A stretch of DNA of 64,000 bases from Eledone cirrhosa (taxonomy: Eukaryota). The position numbers were made by a program, and so were the translations under genes. Of this stretch, positions 12,873 through 27,107 are shown piece after piece; the stretch's first letter is position 1; the number at the start of each line of letters is the position of its first letter. The stretch covers positions 197,966,001 to 198,030,000 of the forward strand of contig OZ024741.1 in NCBI GenBank assembly GCA_964016885.1. Direction: 5' to 3'. The notes under the pieces are model-generated. The model saw nothing but the letters and a program-made list of their open reading frames with translations. It searched no databases and was not told the origin of the DNA.

Positions 12873-13534
12873 ATATATATATGATATATATATATATTAT
12901 ACATATATTATATATATATATATATTATATATATATTATATATATATATATTATATATATTATATATATATTATATATTATATATATATTATATATATAT
13001 ATTATATATATACTATATATATATATATATTATATATATATTATATATATATTATATATATATTATATATATATTATATATTATATATATATGATATAAT
13101 ATATATATAATATATAATATATATATAATATATAATATATATATAATATATATATAATATATATATAATATATATATATAATATATAATATATATATAAT
13201 ATATATATATTATATATATATTATATATATATTATATATATTATATATTATATATATATTATGTATTATATATATATTATATTTATATTATATATATATT
13301 ATATATATATATAATATATATATATTATGGATTGGCAGTATTGGTAGAGGGTCGGACACCATGCTTTCCAGCATAGTTACGTCCCTTTGCGGTCTGAGTT
13401 CGAATCCCACCGAGGTTAACTTTGCCTTTCATCCTTACGGGGTCGATAAAATAAAGTACCAGTAATGCACTGGGTAATTGATGGCCTTGTGCCAAAAGTA
13501 GAAACAATTATATATATATTATATATATATATAT

Positions 13535-13569
<35 letters not shown>

Positions 13570-13883
13570 ATATATATATATATATTATATATATATGATA
13601 TATATATATATTATATATATATATATATTATATATTTATTATATATATATGATATATATATATATATTATACATATATTATATATATATATATATTATAT
13701 ATATACTATATATATATATATTATATATATTATATATATATTAGATATATATTATATATATATATTATATATATATTATATATATATATATATTATATAT
13801 ATATTATATATATATTATATATATATTATATATTATATATATATTATATATATATTATATATATATATATATTATATATATAT

Positions 13884-13916
<33 letters not shown>

Positions 13917-14139
13917 ATATATATATTATATATTGTATATATATTATATATATATACATTATATATATATTATATATTATATATATATTATATATATATA
14001 TATTATATATATATTATATATATATATATATTAGATATATATTATATATATATATATATTATGTATATATTATATATATATATATGATATGTATATATAT
14101 ATTATACATATATTATATATATATATAGTATATATATAT

Positions 14140-14173
<34 letters not shown>
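12236..14173. repeat. (TA)n-derived array interrupted by a SINE
   Basis: A/T dinucleotide low complexity. Confidence 0.97.
13328..13510 (+). mobile_element. tRNA-derived SINE (Meta/MESC-like central domain)
   Basis: A box tggcagtattgg, B box gagttcgaatcc, core gcctttcatccttacggggtcgataaaataaagtaccag, 3' end ggccttgtgccaaaagtagaaacaatta. Confidence 0.9.
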
Positions 14174-15872
14174 CTTCCTTCCAACACTGAATATCATAAT
14201 AATAGTAATAGTACTCCCGACGTCATTGTAAACCCTAGGCTAATTTCTGCAAACCCAAATACAACGTCAAACACAACTTCGCTAAATGTTCTTAATACCA
14301 TTCTAAATCAAGAAACTATTATTCCTATCGCAAATAACTTCTCCAATCCAATTCCTTCTATAGATAACACTAGGTCACTCGTTAATAATCTCTCTAATCG
14401 CAATTGCAATTGCCCTGTTAAAAATAAATGTCCTCTCAACAACCATTGTCTTGATAAAAACTTAATTTACGAATGTAAAGTTATAACTGACACCAATTCC
14501 TTCACCTATTTTGGCTCCACTTCCACCTCTTTTAAAGCTCGTCTTTATAACCATCATTCGTCTTTTAAATACAAACTTAAAAGAACCAACACGGCTCTCT
14601 CAGAACTCATATGGTCCTTGAAAGACAAAAATATTAAATATAGCATCTTTTGGAAGAAGGTTTCTTCTGCGTCTCGATACTTGAACAGTTCTCTATCCAA
14701 GATTTGCAATCTCTGTCTAAATGAAAAATTTACCATTATATCTAATTTAGATTCTATAATAAATAGACGCACTGACTTGTTTTCTATCTGCTTGCATAAA
14801 TTCCACAAAACATTCCACAAAGTATACAGCTAATATCCAAATCTTTATCAATTTAGAATCTTTTTCTCAAAGGCACATATATATATATATATACTTCCTT
14901 AAAAATATACCCATCTTTCTACCTTATTTCAAAGGTTTTATTATACATTATATAATACTTGTTACTCATTCTATATCGCTCCTATTTATCACTTCCCTTT
15001 CTTCTCTTTTTCTTTTAATATCTAACCCCTAATCTGTACCTTTTCTCACTGTTGCCTGACATAGAATCAATTATTACATAATACAATACATTCTTACTCT
15101 ATATCACCTTGTAAAAATCCTTCGTAAACATAAATATTTTTTTGACGTTAGATTATTCATCCTCAATTCATTATTCTTTTCTCCTTTTCATCATGCTCAT
15201 CTCACAATATATCCTTACTTAAATTACTTGTTGTTCTTTTTAATAATACATATCAACATTTTCTTTCCATCGCACATATTATTAAACCCTTAATATCATT
15301 CTTAATACATATTAACTTTTTCTTTCCATCGCACATGTTATTAAACACTTAAATATTATTCTTAATACATATTAACATTTTCTTTTCATCGCACATATTA
15401 TTAAACCCCTCAATATACAAACCTTAACTTTACATTATTTTTCTCTTCGTTAATTTTCAAATTCTTTTAATTTATACGTTATCTTCCAACGGTTTTCAAC
15501 CTCTCTATGTAAAACAATATATCTTTCTCAGTTATAAAAGCTATCTCTCTCTCTCTATCACCCATCTCTCCTCCTATCTCATCCTTCCTCATTATACTCC
15601 TCCCTCTCCACTTTTTACTCTCATCTCCTCCTCTTTTTCATCCTTTCCACCACCCCCCCTCCCTCAAAATAAAATATTTTTCCCAATATCACACATCAAT
15701 CTAAAACTACTTCTCATATGTTGATTTAAAACTGCATTATCCACAAGTGTTTTTTAACCTTCATATCATGTCTTCCTGTTTTATCTGATGAAAACACAAA
15801 TATTATTGCATGATGATATTTGTTTTTGAAATGCGCATAATAAAATACATGGAACTCTTTTAACCATCTTTT
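14174..15872 (+). mobile_element. 5'-truncated Penelope-like element: C-terminal GIY-YIG endonuclease plus ~1 kb 3' pseudo-LTR
   Basis: Open frame 14174-14833, mostly missed by the ORF track: CNCPVKNKCPLNNHC..LIYECKV..TYFGST..FKARLYNHHSSF..TALSELIWSLK..CNLCLNEK..INRR..CLHK. Flanked by (TA)n. Confidence 0.88.
15777..15847 (+). ncRNA. Type-I hammerhead ribozyme motif with intact core (family 3)
   Basis: UGUUUUAU-CUGAUGA-stem II-GAAA-UGCGCA-UA-AUAAAAUA, about 25 nt before the element's 3' end. Confidence 0.8.
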
Positions 15873-16218
15873 ATTTTTATATATTATATTATATATATAT
15901 ATATATTTTATATATATTATATATATTATATATATATTATATATTATATTTATATTATATATATATATATATTATATATATATATTATATATATATATTA
16001 TATATATATTATATATATATATTATATATATATTATATATATATTATATATATATATATATTATATATATATATATTATAGGTTATAAAAATGTTGAGAG
16101 AGACATTCTACATTGCAATATATCACATCTATTGATGTCAGTTAAATTTCTTTTCTCTATGCTTGTAATCAATAGGAAGTCCGGACTTACATGATCAATG
16201 TATTATCATAGAACTTGA

Positions 16219-16436
16219 GGGCGGCCGATTGGCAGAATCGTTAGGGCGTCGGACAAAATGCCGTTGAATTTAATTACGGCCCATTACGACCTGAGATCAA
16301 ATCCCGCCAACGTTAACGCTGCCTTACATCCTTCTAGGATCGGTAAAATAAAGTACCAGTTAAGTACTGGGGTCGATACAATCGACGTTACCCTCGCTAC
16401 AGATTGATAGTCTTGTTCTGAAATTAGAAACTATTA
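16219..16436 (+). mobile_element. Older tRNA-SINE copy
   Basis: ggcggccgattggcagaatcgttag...gagatcaaatcc...catccttctaggatcggtaaaataaagtaccag...agaaactatta. Confidence 0.8.
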
Positions 16437-16591
16437 GTGATTGTCAATTTTGGCACAAGTCCAGAATATTTAGAGTGGAGATATGTTGGCGAGATTTGAG
16501 TGTAAAGAGGCGGAACAAATACTACAATGGCAGTTTATCCGACACTGTACCAATTCACTACCATAATTAGAAATCATTATTGAAACAGAAA

Positions 16592-16811
16592 TGCGGTGGA
16601 TTGGCAGTATCGGTAGAGAGTCGGATACCATGCTTTGCAGCACAGAGTTACGGCTCTTTATGATCTGAGTTCAAATCCCGTCGAGGTTAACTTTGCCTTT
16701 CATCCTTTCGGGGTCGACAAAATAAAGTACCAGTCACGACTGGGTGGATTTAATCGACTTTCTCCTCCCCCAAAATTGCTGGCCTTGTGCCTATATAAGA
16801 AACCATTATTA
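16592..16811 (+). mobile_element. tRNA-SINE
   Basis: gcggtggattggcagtatcggtag...gagttcaaatcc...core...ggccttgtgcctatataagaaaccattatt. Confidence 0.88.
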
Positions 16812-18074
16812 AAACAGAAATTAGGCACTACCAACCGTGGTGAAAACGTATTTTAGGAGTACGCTTATGACCGTGAGGCTGAGGTTAGGAATGAGGGAAT
16901 AGGTGCTACAACAACCACCCCACTCCACTACAGAAACTGAAAAGTAAGGGAACGTCGTCTTCCTGTGTACTCCCATCCCTCATTTCCCTCACTGAAGCAA
17001 ACATATAATAGAAGCCTGAAATGTTACTGCATTCAAAGCGAAGACATGTAGTGAAACCAGTAAGATAAGTCACATAACACTAGTTAATGATTTCAATAAA
17101 GAAAGATGGAGGCGGAACGAGAGTTACGTAGATGGATAATATCAAGATCTAGACTGACTTAGAACATAGTGAGTGAATATTTTAGAACCGCCCAAGGAAA
17201 TGTAAGGGAACGATACATAGTGTTCAACTTGTTGAGTGTGAACTATCCCTGATTTTAATGAAAAAGCCGTGTCATTTGTGTGCGATGTCATATTGACTAT
17301 ATCTATCAACATTCATATCAACTCAAGCAACTTTAATAGACACAAAAAATAAAATTACCAAAGGCCATCTTGTACGATATTAAAACTTATAAAAATAGTC
17401 AGGTCTAATCGTGTAAGGTAAACTATATTACCCAAGGACCATTGTGTAGCACATTATAAATAGTCAATACTGGACAGTTCAGGAGACATATGTTCTGTAA
17501 ATTGTAATTCATTGTTTGCTTTTCAATGGTTTTCTTCCAATAGAAGGTGCGCCTTTAACTGAATTTAGTTTTCTCTGATGATTAATATCTAAAACACTAT
17601 CTTGTGACTCTTTATAATTGAACTATTTATTTTTTTATGAGTAAGTGCTTTATTGGGTTTGACACTACTTTCTCTCTTAGACAAGGCGAAAGTATAATAT
17701 GTTTAACCCATAAGAACTAAATGAAATTCAGGTCATCAGTTAATGGATAAAAAATAAAAACAAAAACTATATAAACACAGAATTATGCCGTTACAAGTGG
17801 TTCTCGAGGAAAATGCGCGTTGCTACCAGAATTTAAAAGCTTTAACAAGTAATTTACAATTATTATAGAATTGATCTATTCAAAAACACCTGACAATAGC
17901 TACAAGAAATGGAAAAGGCTCCAGGAAACTTAAGCCTGATTAATGAAATGACTTGTCTCGAAGTATAACGGGAAATGTAAAGAGAGTAGGATGGGTACTG
18001 TGTTTTATTAATCTAGTCTTCTATTTTCTATTTTCAAGGCTAGGCAATCATATCAGAAATCATTATACTATTAC

Positions 18075-18382
18075 GAGAGGCAACATGGTTTGTAGCATAG
18101 AGTTATGGGCTTTTAAGTTCTGAGTTCGAAACCCGCCTTTCATCCTTACGGAGTCGATAAAATAAAGTACTAGTATCGGACTAGGGGTCGATTTAATCGA
18201 CTTGTTCCCTTCCCCCAAATTATTGGCCTCTTTCTGGCTCTACGTTCTGAGTTCAAATCTCATCGAAGTTAACTTTACTATTCACCCTTCTGGAGTCAAT
18301 AAATTAACGTACCAGTCCCATACTTGATCGATTTAATCGACTTCTCTTCCTCAAACATTACTGGCCTTATTCCTAAATTAGT
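18075..18382 (+). mobile_element. Two tandem degenerate SINE copies
   Basis: Two B-box + core units (ctgagttcgaaaccc..catccttacggagtcgataaa; ctgagttcaaatctc..cacccttctggagtcaataaa). Confidence 0.7.
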
Positions 18383-19474
18383 ATGGTATGGCATAACTGT
18401 AGATGGAGTTTCTTGGGCATTTTAAGCCTGGTGAAACCCATCCCCGGTCAACACAGCAGATTTCTTCCAGAGAAGGATAGAAAGGGATAGAGAGGAAGTT
18501 AGAAGGTCATATAGAAGAATTGACCCTGGTACTAAATTGGTACATATTTTAATGATTTCAAAAGGATTAATGGCAAATTTGAGCTCAGAAACCGACATGT
18601 TATTATAATAAAACAGTTGATATCTTATGGGTGGAATTTAACCTAAAAACAAAGTGTCAGTTGTAAATTACCAAGTCAAATAGTACATGCGTGTCTATGT
18701 ATTTATCGGCATGTGTATTAAAATACATAGATTGTTTTAATTAATATTTTGTTATATAAATTTTTCGTCTGGTCAACTAGACCCATTATTCCCGTTTGTA
18801 ATATAATGAAAGTTTAACGACTTTTTAACAGTGGTTGAATTATTGTTGCTGTGTTGTGTGCAGCAACATTGTAACGCTGAGGAACGAAATACTTTAAAAC
18901 ACCCACTATTCTCGGATAATGTTCCCCTAGAGAGCTAATATTTTACAGAATAGTTATAAGAGTTTTAACCAACAAACTTACGTCTGCTGCATAGATTCTG
19001 AGAATTTGAATCCATTAATCGATATTTGATGATGTAATTACATATCCACTTGGGTATTCCCGTTCAATATACAGCAAACTTCGTATAAAACGTATAAATC
19101 ATATAAAAACATATAAATCTAAATTTCTTTAATAAAACTTAGGAATCTATATACATACACGCTGATGTTTTCAAAAACATTTATATTTCTGGCATAAACT
19201 ACATTATCTCTTTAGGGCATAGGTAGCACAGGTGTACGTACATACTGTTGTTATCGAGCATCTACATATTATACACATTATCTAGACTTGTATAGTGAGT
19301 AACTCTGCTTGTGCGTTTGCCTATTTATTTCTGTGCATGTGCATAAATGCACACATACTCTTCAACAAACATTTTGCATATGCTTCGCAACAAAATGTTT
19401 GTAGATGTATAAGAGTGACTATGCATGCACAGAAACACTCACACCGACACACATACACCCACAGACATAATATA

Positions 19475-19705
<231 letters not shown>

Positions 19706-20187
19706 TTATTTATGTATATTAATTACTATTAATTCTTAATGTACGATAGAATGGAAGAAAATGAGTTTAAAAAATCACCAGGTATTTTCTACGATTCTAT
19801 GTCATTGAGCAGAAGAATTTCCCTTCAATGCTGTTGAATGGAAATGATTACTTCGCTATTGTCCGGATTAAGTTTACATATCGTTATTCAAATGCTCTCT
19901 CGGTTTTTCTCTCACAACCCTCTATTTTACTTTATTTAATTTATTCTGGTGAAAAATTTCTTTGGAATACAAAAAAAAAAAGAAAAGAAAATCAATCGCC
20001 ATATTTACTTTACCTACTGTGTCGCAGAATGAATGTCAAATAATGACTTCTAAATATTGATTTCCATTTGTTCTAAGGTCAGGGGGAAAAGAAGCCTTAT
20101 GACGTCCATGCTTTTCTCAATTTATCTAAGGTAAAAGCTACATTTTTCAGCTCTACTATACATCACTTAGTTTTAAAGTACATAATA

Positions 20188-20445
20188 TGTGTGTGGGTGG
20201 GTGCGTGTGTGTGTGATGGATCTCGGTCGGTTCCGACGACGAGTATTCCAGTTTTACACACAAAGGACAGTCTGCTCACGACATTAATATGCGAGACATT
20301 GTCAAAGAGATTTAGCATGACACTGGATGAAAAGGCTGACCCTTTGAACAGGTACAACTCATCTATTGCAGATGAGGGAGCTGGAGCAAATTGAAATGAA
20401 ATTTCTTGCTCAAGAACACAACCACCGCTGGGAATTGAACACTCT
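20188..20445 (-). mobile_element. Probable second SINE family with (AC)n tail
   Basis: Minus strand has B-box-like gttcaattcc followed by tgtgttcttgagcaagaaattt, and ends in an (AC)n-like tract. Confidence 0.5.
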
Positions 20446-20776
20446 AATACTTTTTGTTGTTTTCTTTCTACACACAAAAAAAAACGGAAACGATTGCCTT
20501 TATATGTTTCATAAATATTTGCCTGTTCATCGACTATACTATCGACTATAGAGATAACTTACAACAGTCGTTATTTATATATAAAAAAAAACGAAATGGC
20601 CATATGGTAAAGTAAATTATTTAAATAATAAACATTTTCGCACACTGTATTTTAGATCTAAGATAAATTTAATGTTCAGTTTATAAATTATAAGCGCCTC
20701 TTTGAAAAAGAAAATATTTAAATCTATATATTTATGGTAGAAATAATATACGTTGTTTTGTGAAAAAATATTTATC

Positions 20777-20855
<79 letters not shown>

Positions 20856-21257
20856 ATTCAAGTTTAGAGATATATGTATAGAGAAGAAGAGAGAGAGAAA
20901 AAGAGAAACACTGTATCTTGTACATACACAAAAAGCACAATATTTATTAAAAAATACGTACTTCAAAATGGAAAACGTTCTTATTTCCTCATAGCGCTAT
21001 TTCATGATTCGATGAACCACAACTCAAAATCGATCTAAGCGATCGATCGTCGATCACCAACTATCGATGTTGGTAAAGTTATGGAAGACGCGAATCAATC
21101 AGAGGAATTTACGTCAATTAAATAAAGTTGCAATAAAGTATATTGTACAAAATACTTATTTATATCAGTCAGGATCTACGAGTTACTCCAGTGCGATAAA
21201 CAGCCAGGTGTAATAACGTTTAATCCATGGTGGCAGATACAAACAAAACTGGACGTA

Positions 21258-21407
21258 ATTTCCGTTAGACAGAGGTTCGAAATATTAGTCAGTGTGGTCA
21301 GCTAAACAAATAAAGAACCTTAAATTTGTATATAAGAGTTCCAAGTTCTTTATTTTTTGAGCTGATCAGACTGTGACTAATATTTCGCGCCTCTTTCTAG
21401 CGGAAAT
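21258..21407. repeat. Imperfect palindrome, MITE-like
   Basis: atttccgttagacagagg..aatattagtca..cagct..aaataaagaac versus gttctttatttt..agctg..tgactaatatt..cctctttctagcggaaat. Confidence 0.75.
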
Positions 21408-21905
21408 AGTGATGTCGAAATTATCAGGTCGATTAGGCCTAGTCTAGTAACTACCGTTAAACTCTATTATAGTGCATCTAACAGTCAGTATAATATCTAT
21501 TTCCTTCTTAGATAAATCAGTATTAGTTTTAGCCTTATTTAACAAAATAGGTGATATAGAGGCATAGTAGTTAATCGATAATTTTTATGTTTATGAACTA
21601 GATTTTGATCTGATTTCTGTGTGTATATATATTTATATGTATATATTTTTGCGTGTGTATACGTGTTATATAATATATAGATCTTTAACAATATTAATAA
21701 TAATATATAGATTTCTTAATATATAGATCCCAATTTTTAATGTATTGATCTCAATATTTAAATGATTAACCAAACATCTAATCATATTTAAACAATGGTT
21801 AAATTTCTCATATTATATATGTATATCCCATTCATGATTATTAACATTTCTAATTGTATTTATTCATTTCATCTCAAATGTTAAGATAACACAACAAGAT
21901 ATGAC

Positions 21906-22094
21906 TAATTGTTTCTACTTTAGGCACAAGGCCAGCAATTACCCAGTGCATTACTGGTACTTTATTTTATCGACCCCGTAAGGATGAAAGGCAAAGTAAA
22001 CCTCGGCGGGATTTGAACTCAGACTGTAAAGGGACGTAACTATGCTGGAAAGCATGGCGTCCGACCCTCTACTGATACTGCCAATCCCCCGCCC
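21906..22094 (-). mobile_element. tRNA-SINE (young subfamily)
   Basis: Reverse complement of the 13328/26875 SINE. Confidence 0.9.
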
Positions 22095-24453
22095 TTGGGC
22101 TGGAAATATAATGATAATTAATTAGTAGACCGTTGCACCCCGTCGTTGGCTCATTTGAAATGGAATGTATACTTCTTTTGATAAGCATATCATTTTATAA
22201 ACATGTAAACATATAATCTTCGTTGTAAAAAGTAATTGATATGGTAACACAGGTGTTTGCTTCGCGACGTGGGCTTGAAGAATGGGATCGATCTGACTAG
22301 AATCTAGGCTTTTTAGACCTTCGTCAGAGGAAGAAACGCATCTTCTGCCCGCGGACAAAAAATTAGTTTATATTCATGTATAGTATGTACAGGCAAGACC
22401 TAGGCTGGATTTCATAACAGTTAATGCGCAAACAATCTGATTTCAATAATTATATACTTTTACCCTTGCAGTCTTTACACCAGAGTGTTTATTTCTCCCT
22501 TCAGAAAATTGTGCATCGATCTTTCATCAGAGAAAGAATTCCAATCTAACCAACGAGAAATTTGTATCTTAGAGCAATTCTTACGGTATAGACTAGTGCT
22601 CACGTAAACTGATTAGCCCTGTTGTCATAATAGTGCATGCTCTGGCAACATGGATTAATTAATTCATAATGTACTATGGCAGCAAATTGACAAAGTCGTT
22701 AAAACGTAGAACAAAATGCTTTACAGTTTGATCCTAGCTCTCTGCGGTCTGAGAGCAAATCACGCGAGGTCAACTTTGTCATTTATCTTTTGGGATTTGG
22801 GAGGTCGACAAAATAAAATACAGTATCACATCGGATAATATGCCTTGCGGCAATTGTTCCGACTTTTTATATTCTTAGTCCAAATCTGACTGTGGACTTA
22901 ATCCGTCACCCGGTTTCAAACCATTACATGGCGTTGGATGTCTTTAAAGGAGTTCATTCTTCTTCAAGCATTCGAACCAGGTCCCCGGTTTGAAGATATT
23001 TTCCTTTCTTCATATCACCATTTTGAAGCACCGGAAAAGGGTCATTGGTACTCCTTTTTCCTCCATGACTAAAGAGTAAAAAGCTACACAGGGTTTTAGA
23101 AAAATCTAAATGGTAGGTTATACGTTTGTGTTATAAACATAGAATGTTAACCCTTCTGCGATGCTTTAAACAAATTTTTAAAACCACATATACATCGCAG
23201 GCAGAAAAAATGGGATCGAGTCGATAAGTTTCTAGTAAACTTAGACTTTCTTCAGAGAAACAATATTTATATTCTTATTGTTATGTGTGGTGTGTGCTAA
23301 CTAGGATTCAGCTAAACTAGTCAGTCTAATGTACAAAACGGTCCTACTTTTCATAACATTGCGTGCGATGAGAACGACTATTAATTAATTCATTCATTCA
23401 TTGTGGACTACACAGCATTTCTTTATTGATAATTTGAAATAGAAATTATATTTTTTAATAAACATACAATTTTAACTTCGTCGGCAAAAATATTCAAACC
23501 ACTTGCTCAACAGACTTATCTTTCCTTTCACGGAGAAATTGTGAATTGATCATTTTTTTTTTATGCCTTTATCAAGGAAAGTTTGGATTCTCGTGACAAC
23601 TTATATTGTATACAGATGATAGCTCAATTAAACTTGTCGGTCTAATTTGCATCAGAGTACATGTGCTGATAACGTAGATTAATTATATCAAAGTGCCCTA
23701 CTAATTGTTTTGGGGTAATTTGAAATGTAAGGTGTACATCTTTTGTAATAAACATAGAATCTTGTTAGACCTGTATCAGAGAAGGAATATCCATCTCTCC
23801 ACCACGGACATATTAATATCTTATAACTATTTATAGTTTATGATAACTAGAATTCAGCTAAACAGGTCAGTATAATTTGTTTAGTAGTGTATGTTCTGAG
23901 ATCACGAATTGATTAGTTTATTGTACTTTACACATTGTTTGGATCATTTGAAATGTAAACCATAACTTTTTAAATATATTTGACATTAATATAAACTCTC
24001 TATCTATCTATCTATTTGTCAATCACTTTATCTATCCCTATAAAATGTTTTACTCTGAATTATTAAATGGTACATCTTTAATGCTTGTGTGTATCTTTAT
24101 TTGCCAGCCACCATTGATCAATTTATACGTATCAAACCTCGTCCTTGACCCATCTATTCGGTCAATTCCATAAATATTGCTATGTGCTCATTTCATGAGA
24201 TACATAAAACGATATACTCCCATATGTTATCAAAATCTAACAATTATATATATATCTGTTACGTGATCGAGGAAAGTGTATCATTTTTCCTGACAGCTGA
24301 ATGGTTTAGACATTTTTTTACCTGATGATGTTTGATGAATGATAAGCAACACTTCTTTCCTCTTTGAAGAAAAGTAAATTGCTTATATTTTCTTTAAAAT
24401 ATAAATTGTTGTTTTAGAACCTAAAAAGAAATTATTTTCGTTTTCTATTTCAG

Positions 24454-25355
24454 GTTTTGGTATGACAACACCAAGTACACCTAATGGAAAACTTCTTTTA
24501 ATTTTCTACGGATTTTTCGGCTGTGCGGGTGCCATTTTATTTTTTAACTTGTTTCTTGAACGAATTATCACATTCTTGGCACATATCTTGAAAAGTATTC
24601 ACGAAAAAAGCCAGCGTCAAAAGTCCGGCCAGGTTTCTGAAAAGAACGACAGTGACAGGCGAGATTCATCTGTTTCTGAAGATAGTTTAGATGCATGGAA
24701 ACCATCTGTATACTGGGTTATGCTTATTCTTCTCTGTGGTGCCGTTTTAGTTGCTTGTTGTGCATCAGCTATGTATCATTCCGTCGAAAACTGGAGCTAC
24801 TTTGAATCCATATATTTTTGTTTTGTTACATTTTCTACTATTGGCTTCGGAGATTATGTAGTGAGTCAAAAACCCCAATATGAATACTTACATTTGTATC
24901 GACTCGGAAACTTCGTATTTATTATTATAGGCTGTTGCTGTATTTACAGCTTATTTAATGTGGCCTCTATTATTATAAAGCAATTTTTAAACTGGATTTT
25001 GCGTAAGTTAAACTGTCGATGTCAATGTCGTAAAGAAATGCCGACATTTCGAGCCAGACGCAATGCCATTACTCCTGGGATAAGACAGAGTCAACGTAAA
25101 GCCAAATCAAGCAGTGTAACAATGGTGGATGTGGATTACGACAGTGATAATGAATATCGACGTACTTCCGGGGAAATGATATCAATGCATGATTTCTTGC
25201 AAGCAAAAAATATTAATATAGCCATGATGCAAAAACGACTTTGGGAAACGGCACAGCGTGGCATGCTACAACAAGCCCAAAATGAAAGTGGATTTCATGG
25301 TGGTGTCGGGCCTCTCGCCATATTGAACAGAAAACTAGGCAAAGATGATATATGA
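24454..25355 (+). CDS. Terminal coding exon of a two-pore-domain (K2P) potassium channel, THIK subfamily (KCNK12/KCNK13-like)
   Basis: Acceptor ttttctatttcag|G at 24453 splits the Gly of the first pore loop ((G)FGMTTP). Also GKLLLIFYGFFGC..ILFFNLFLERIIT, WKPSVYWVMLIL, second pore TFSTIGFGD, CCIYSLFNV and THIK-type C-terminus SGEMISM...GFHGGVG. Stop TGA ends at 25355. Exon 1 was not found in the window. Confidence 0.92.
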
Positions 25356-26874
25356 TCGAAAATTTAATGAGGATTTTAGTCATTTTATATAATTAAAAAT
25401 ATAAATATTTGAGGCTAACACTGACACGTTAAACTAGCTTGGGTTGATAACTGAGAAATTTCTCACCACAGAATTCGATGCTTCCAGACAAGAAACTATT
25501 CTAATTTCTTGAGCTTCAGAATATTTAATTTCTTACAAAATATCAATACTTTTGAGGCAATAAAATTTAACTTGACCGAAAGGCTTATTTTTCAGGAAAA
25601 GAAATCATTTTTAGAATGAAAAAACTGAAAAGTTTTGATTAAGTGGCAGAAGAGAACTATTTTTAGTTTTGATGTTGATATATGGTTCAGAGATTGTGAG
25701 CTTTTTAAATGGTTAAATGAATATACGTTAAACAAAAATTTATCTTGGAATATTGTGGTAAGATTAAAGGTTTTTTTTTGGTGGGGTGGGTAGGTTTTAT
25801 AAAAAAAGAAAAAATATGGTTAATTAATAATGAAGAGTTGCTGCAAAACGTGTATTATCTCAATATAGGAATGGGTGGAATGTTCACTCATAATCGCATT
25901 GAAATGAGATTTTTATATTGATTTATTCATACCCAACTTTTGCCATCAAAATTACGACTCCTAAATAATAATTTTAAAAGCCTAATGAATTATAGTTTTT
26001 CCTTAGCTTGAGGATTCAAAGCTGTTGATTGGAATATGACGTAATAAAATCAGATTATATTAATACAGTATAAATTGAAGATGATATAGTCATGATTACG
26101 TCATCAGCTCTAGAAATATCTTTTAACTGCATAATTTGAATCTCAACAAATGAAGTGAAATGTTAGCACTCTATTATTAATAAGAAAATTTAAGAATAAA
26201 TGAATGGATGTGTGTTTGCATGTGTGTGCGTATGTGTTTGCATGTATGTGCGTGGGTGTTTGTGATTATCTTAATAAAGATGGACATCACTCTATTATGA
26301 TTGAAGTTTATATTAATAATGAAAACATTATTACATCTCAAATTACTTTGCGATAAAAAATATTAGTAAAAATATAAATTCGACAATTTCTTCAAATTCT
26401 CTACATTCACCTCATCTTTAATGGATGGCAGTTTTCTATATTTAATTATTTTTATACGAATCATAACGTTATTTCTCATTTTAGAAGTTACAATTTTTTC
26501 CAAGGAATGCATGGATATGTGGACATGTGGACATGGACATGTCATTTATATAAAAAGAAACAGAATTTGCCATTAAAGATTTAATTTCAGAATATTAAAA
26601 TGTTAATCTAAAGGAAGTTTAGTTTAATCGATATAGAGAAGTATATTTTTTAAGTAGATCAATTAAATAATTGGATATCATTTTAATAGATATCTTAAGT
26701 TATAACCCATTTTAGTACAAACGATTTTCGACGGTGTTAAACTTCAGGGATATGTATGTGCGGCTACCTTTGTTTACAGAATTAATTGGCTGTGCCTGAA
26801 CATTGACTAAAAACTAAATACTTCAAACCTTCCGTTTAAAAAATATTTCTGATCTCAATTTATATTATTATTAT

Positions 26875-27056
26875 CGGTGGATTGGCAGTATCAGTTGAGG
26901 GTCGGACGCCATGCTTTCCAGCATAGTTACGTCTCTTTACGATCTGAGTTCAAATCCCGCCGAGGTTGACTTTGCCTTTCATCCTTACGGGGTCGATAAA
27001 ATAAAGTACCAGTAATGCACTGGGTAATTGCTGGCCTTGTGCCTAAAGTAGAAACA

Positions 27057-27104
<48 letters not shown>
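26875..27104 (+). mobile_element. tRNA-SINE with long (ATT)n tail
   Basis: Full A/B boxes and core, followed by ~15 ATT units. Confidence 0.92.

Positions 27105-27107
<3 letters not shown>

Noticed and set aside
13328-13420. A/B boxes as tRNA genes
   Set aside because: No cloverleaf; they continue into SINE core and tail in many copies.
22290-23262. Minus-strand CUGACGA (~22321) and CUGAAGA (~23249) as further hammerheads
   Set aside because: Could not form stems I-III with a correctly placed GAAA and NUH.
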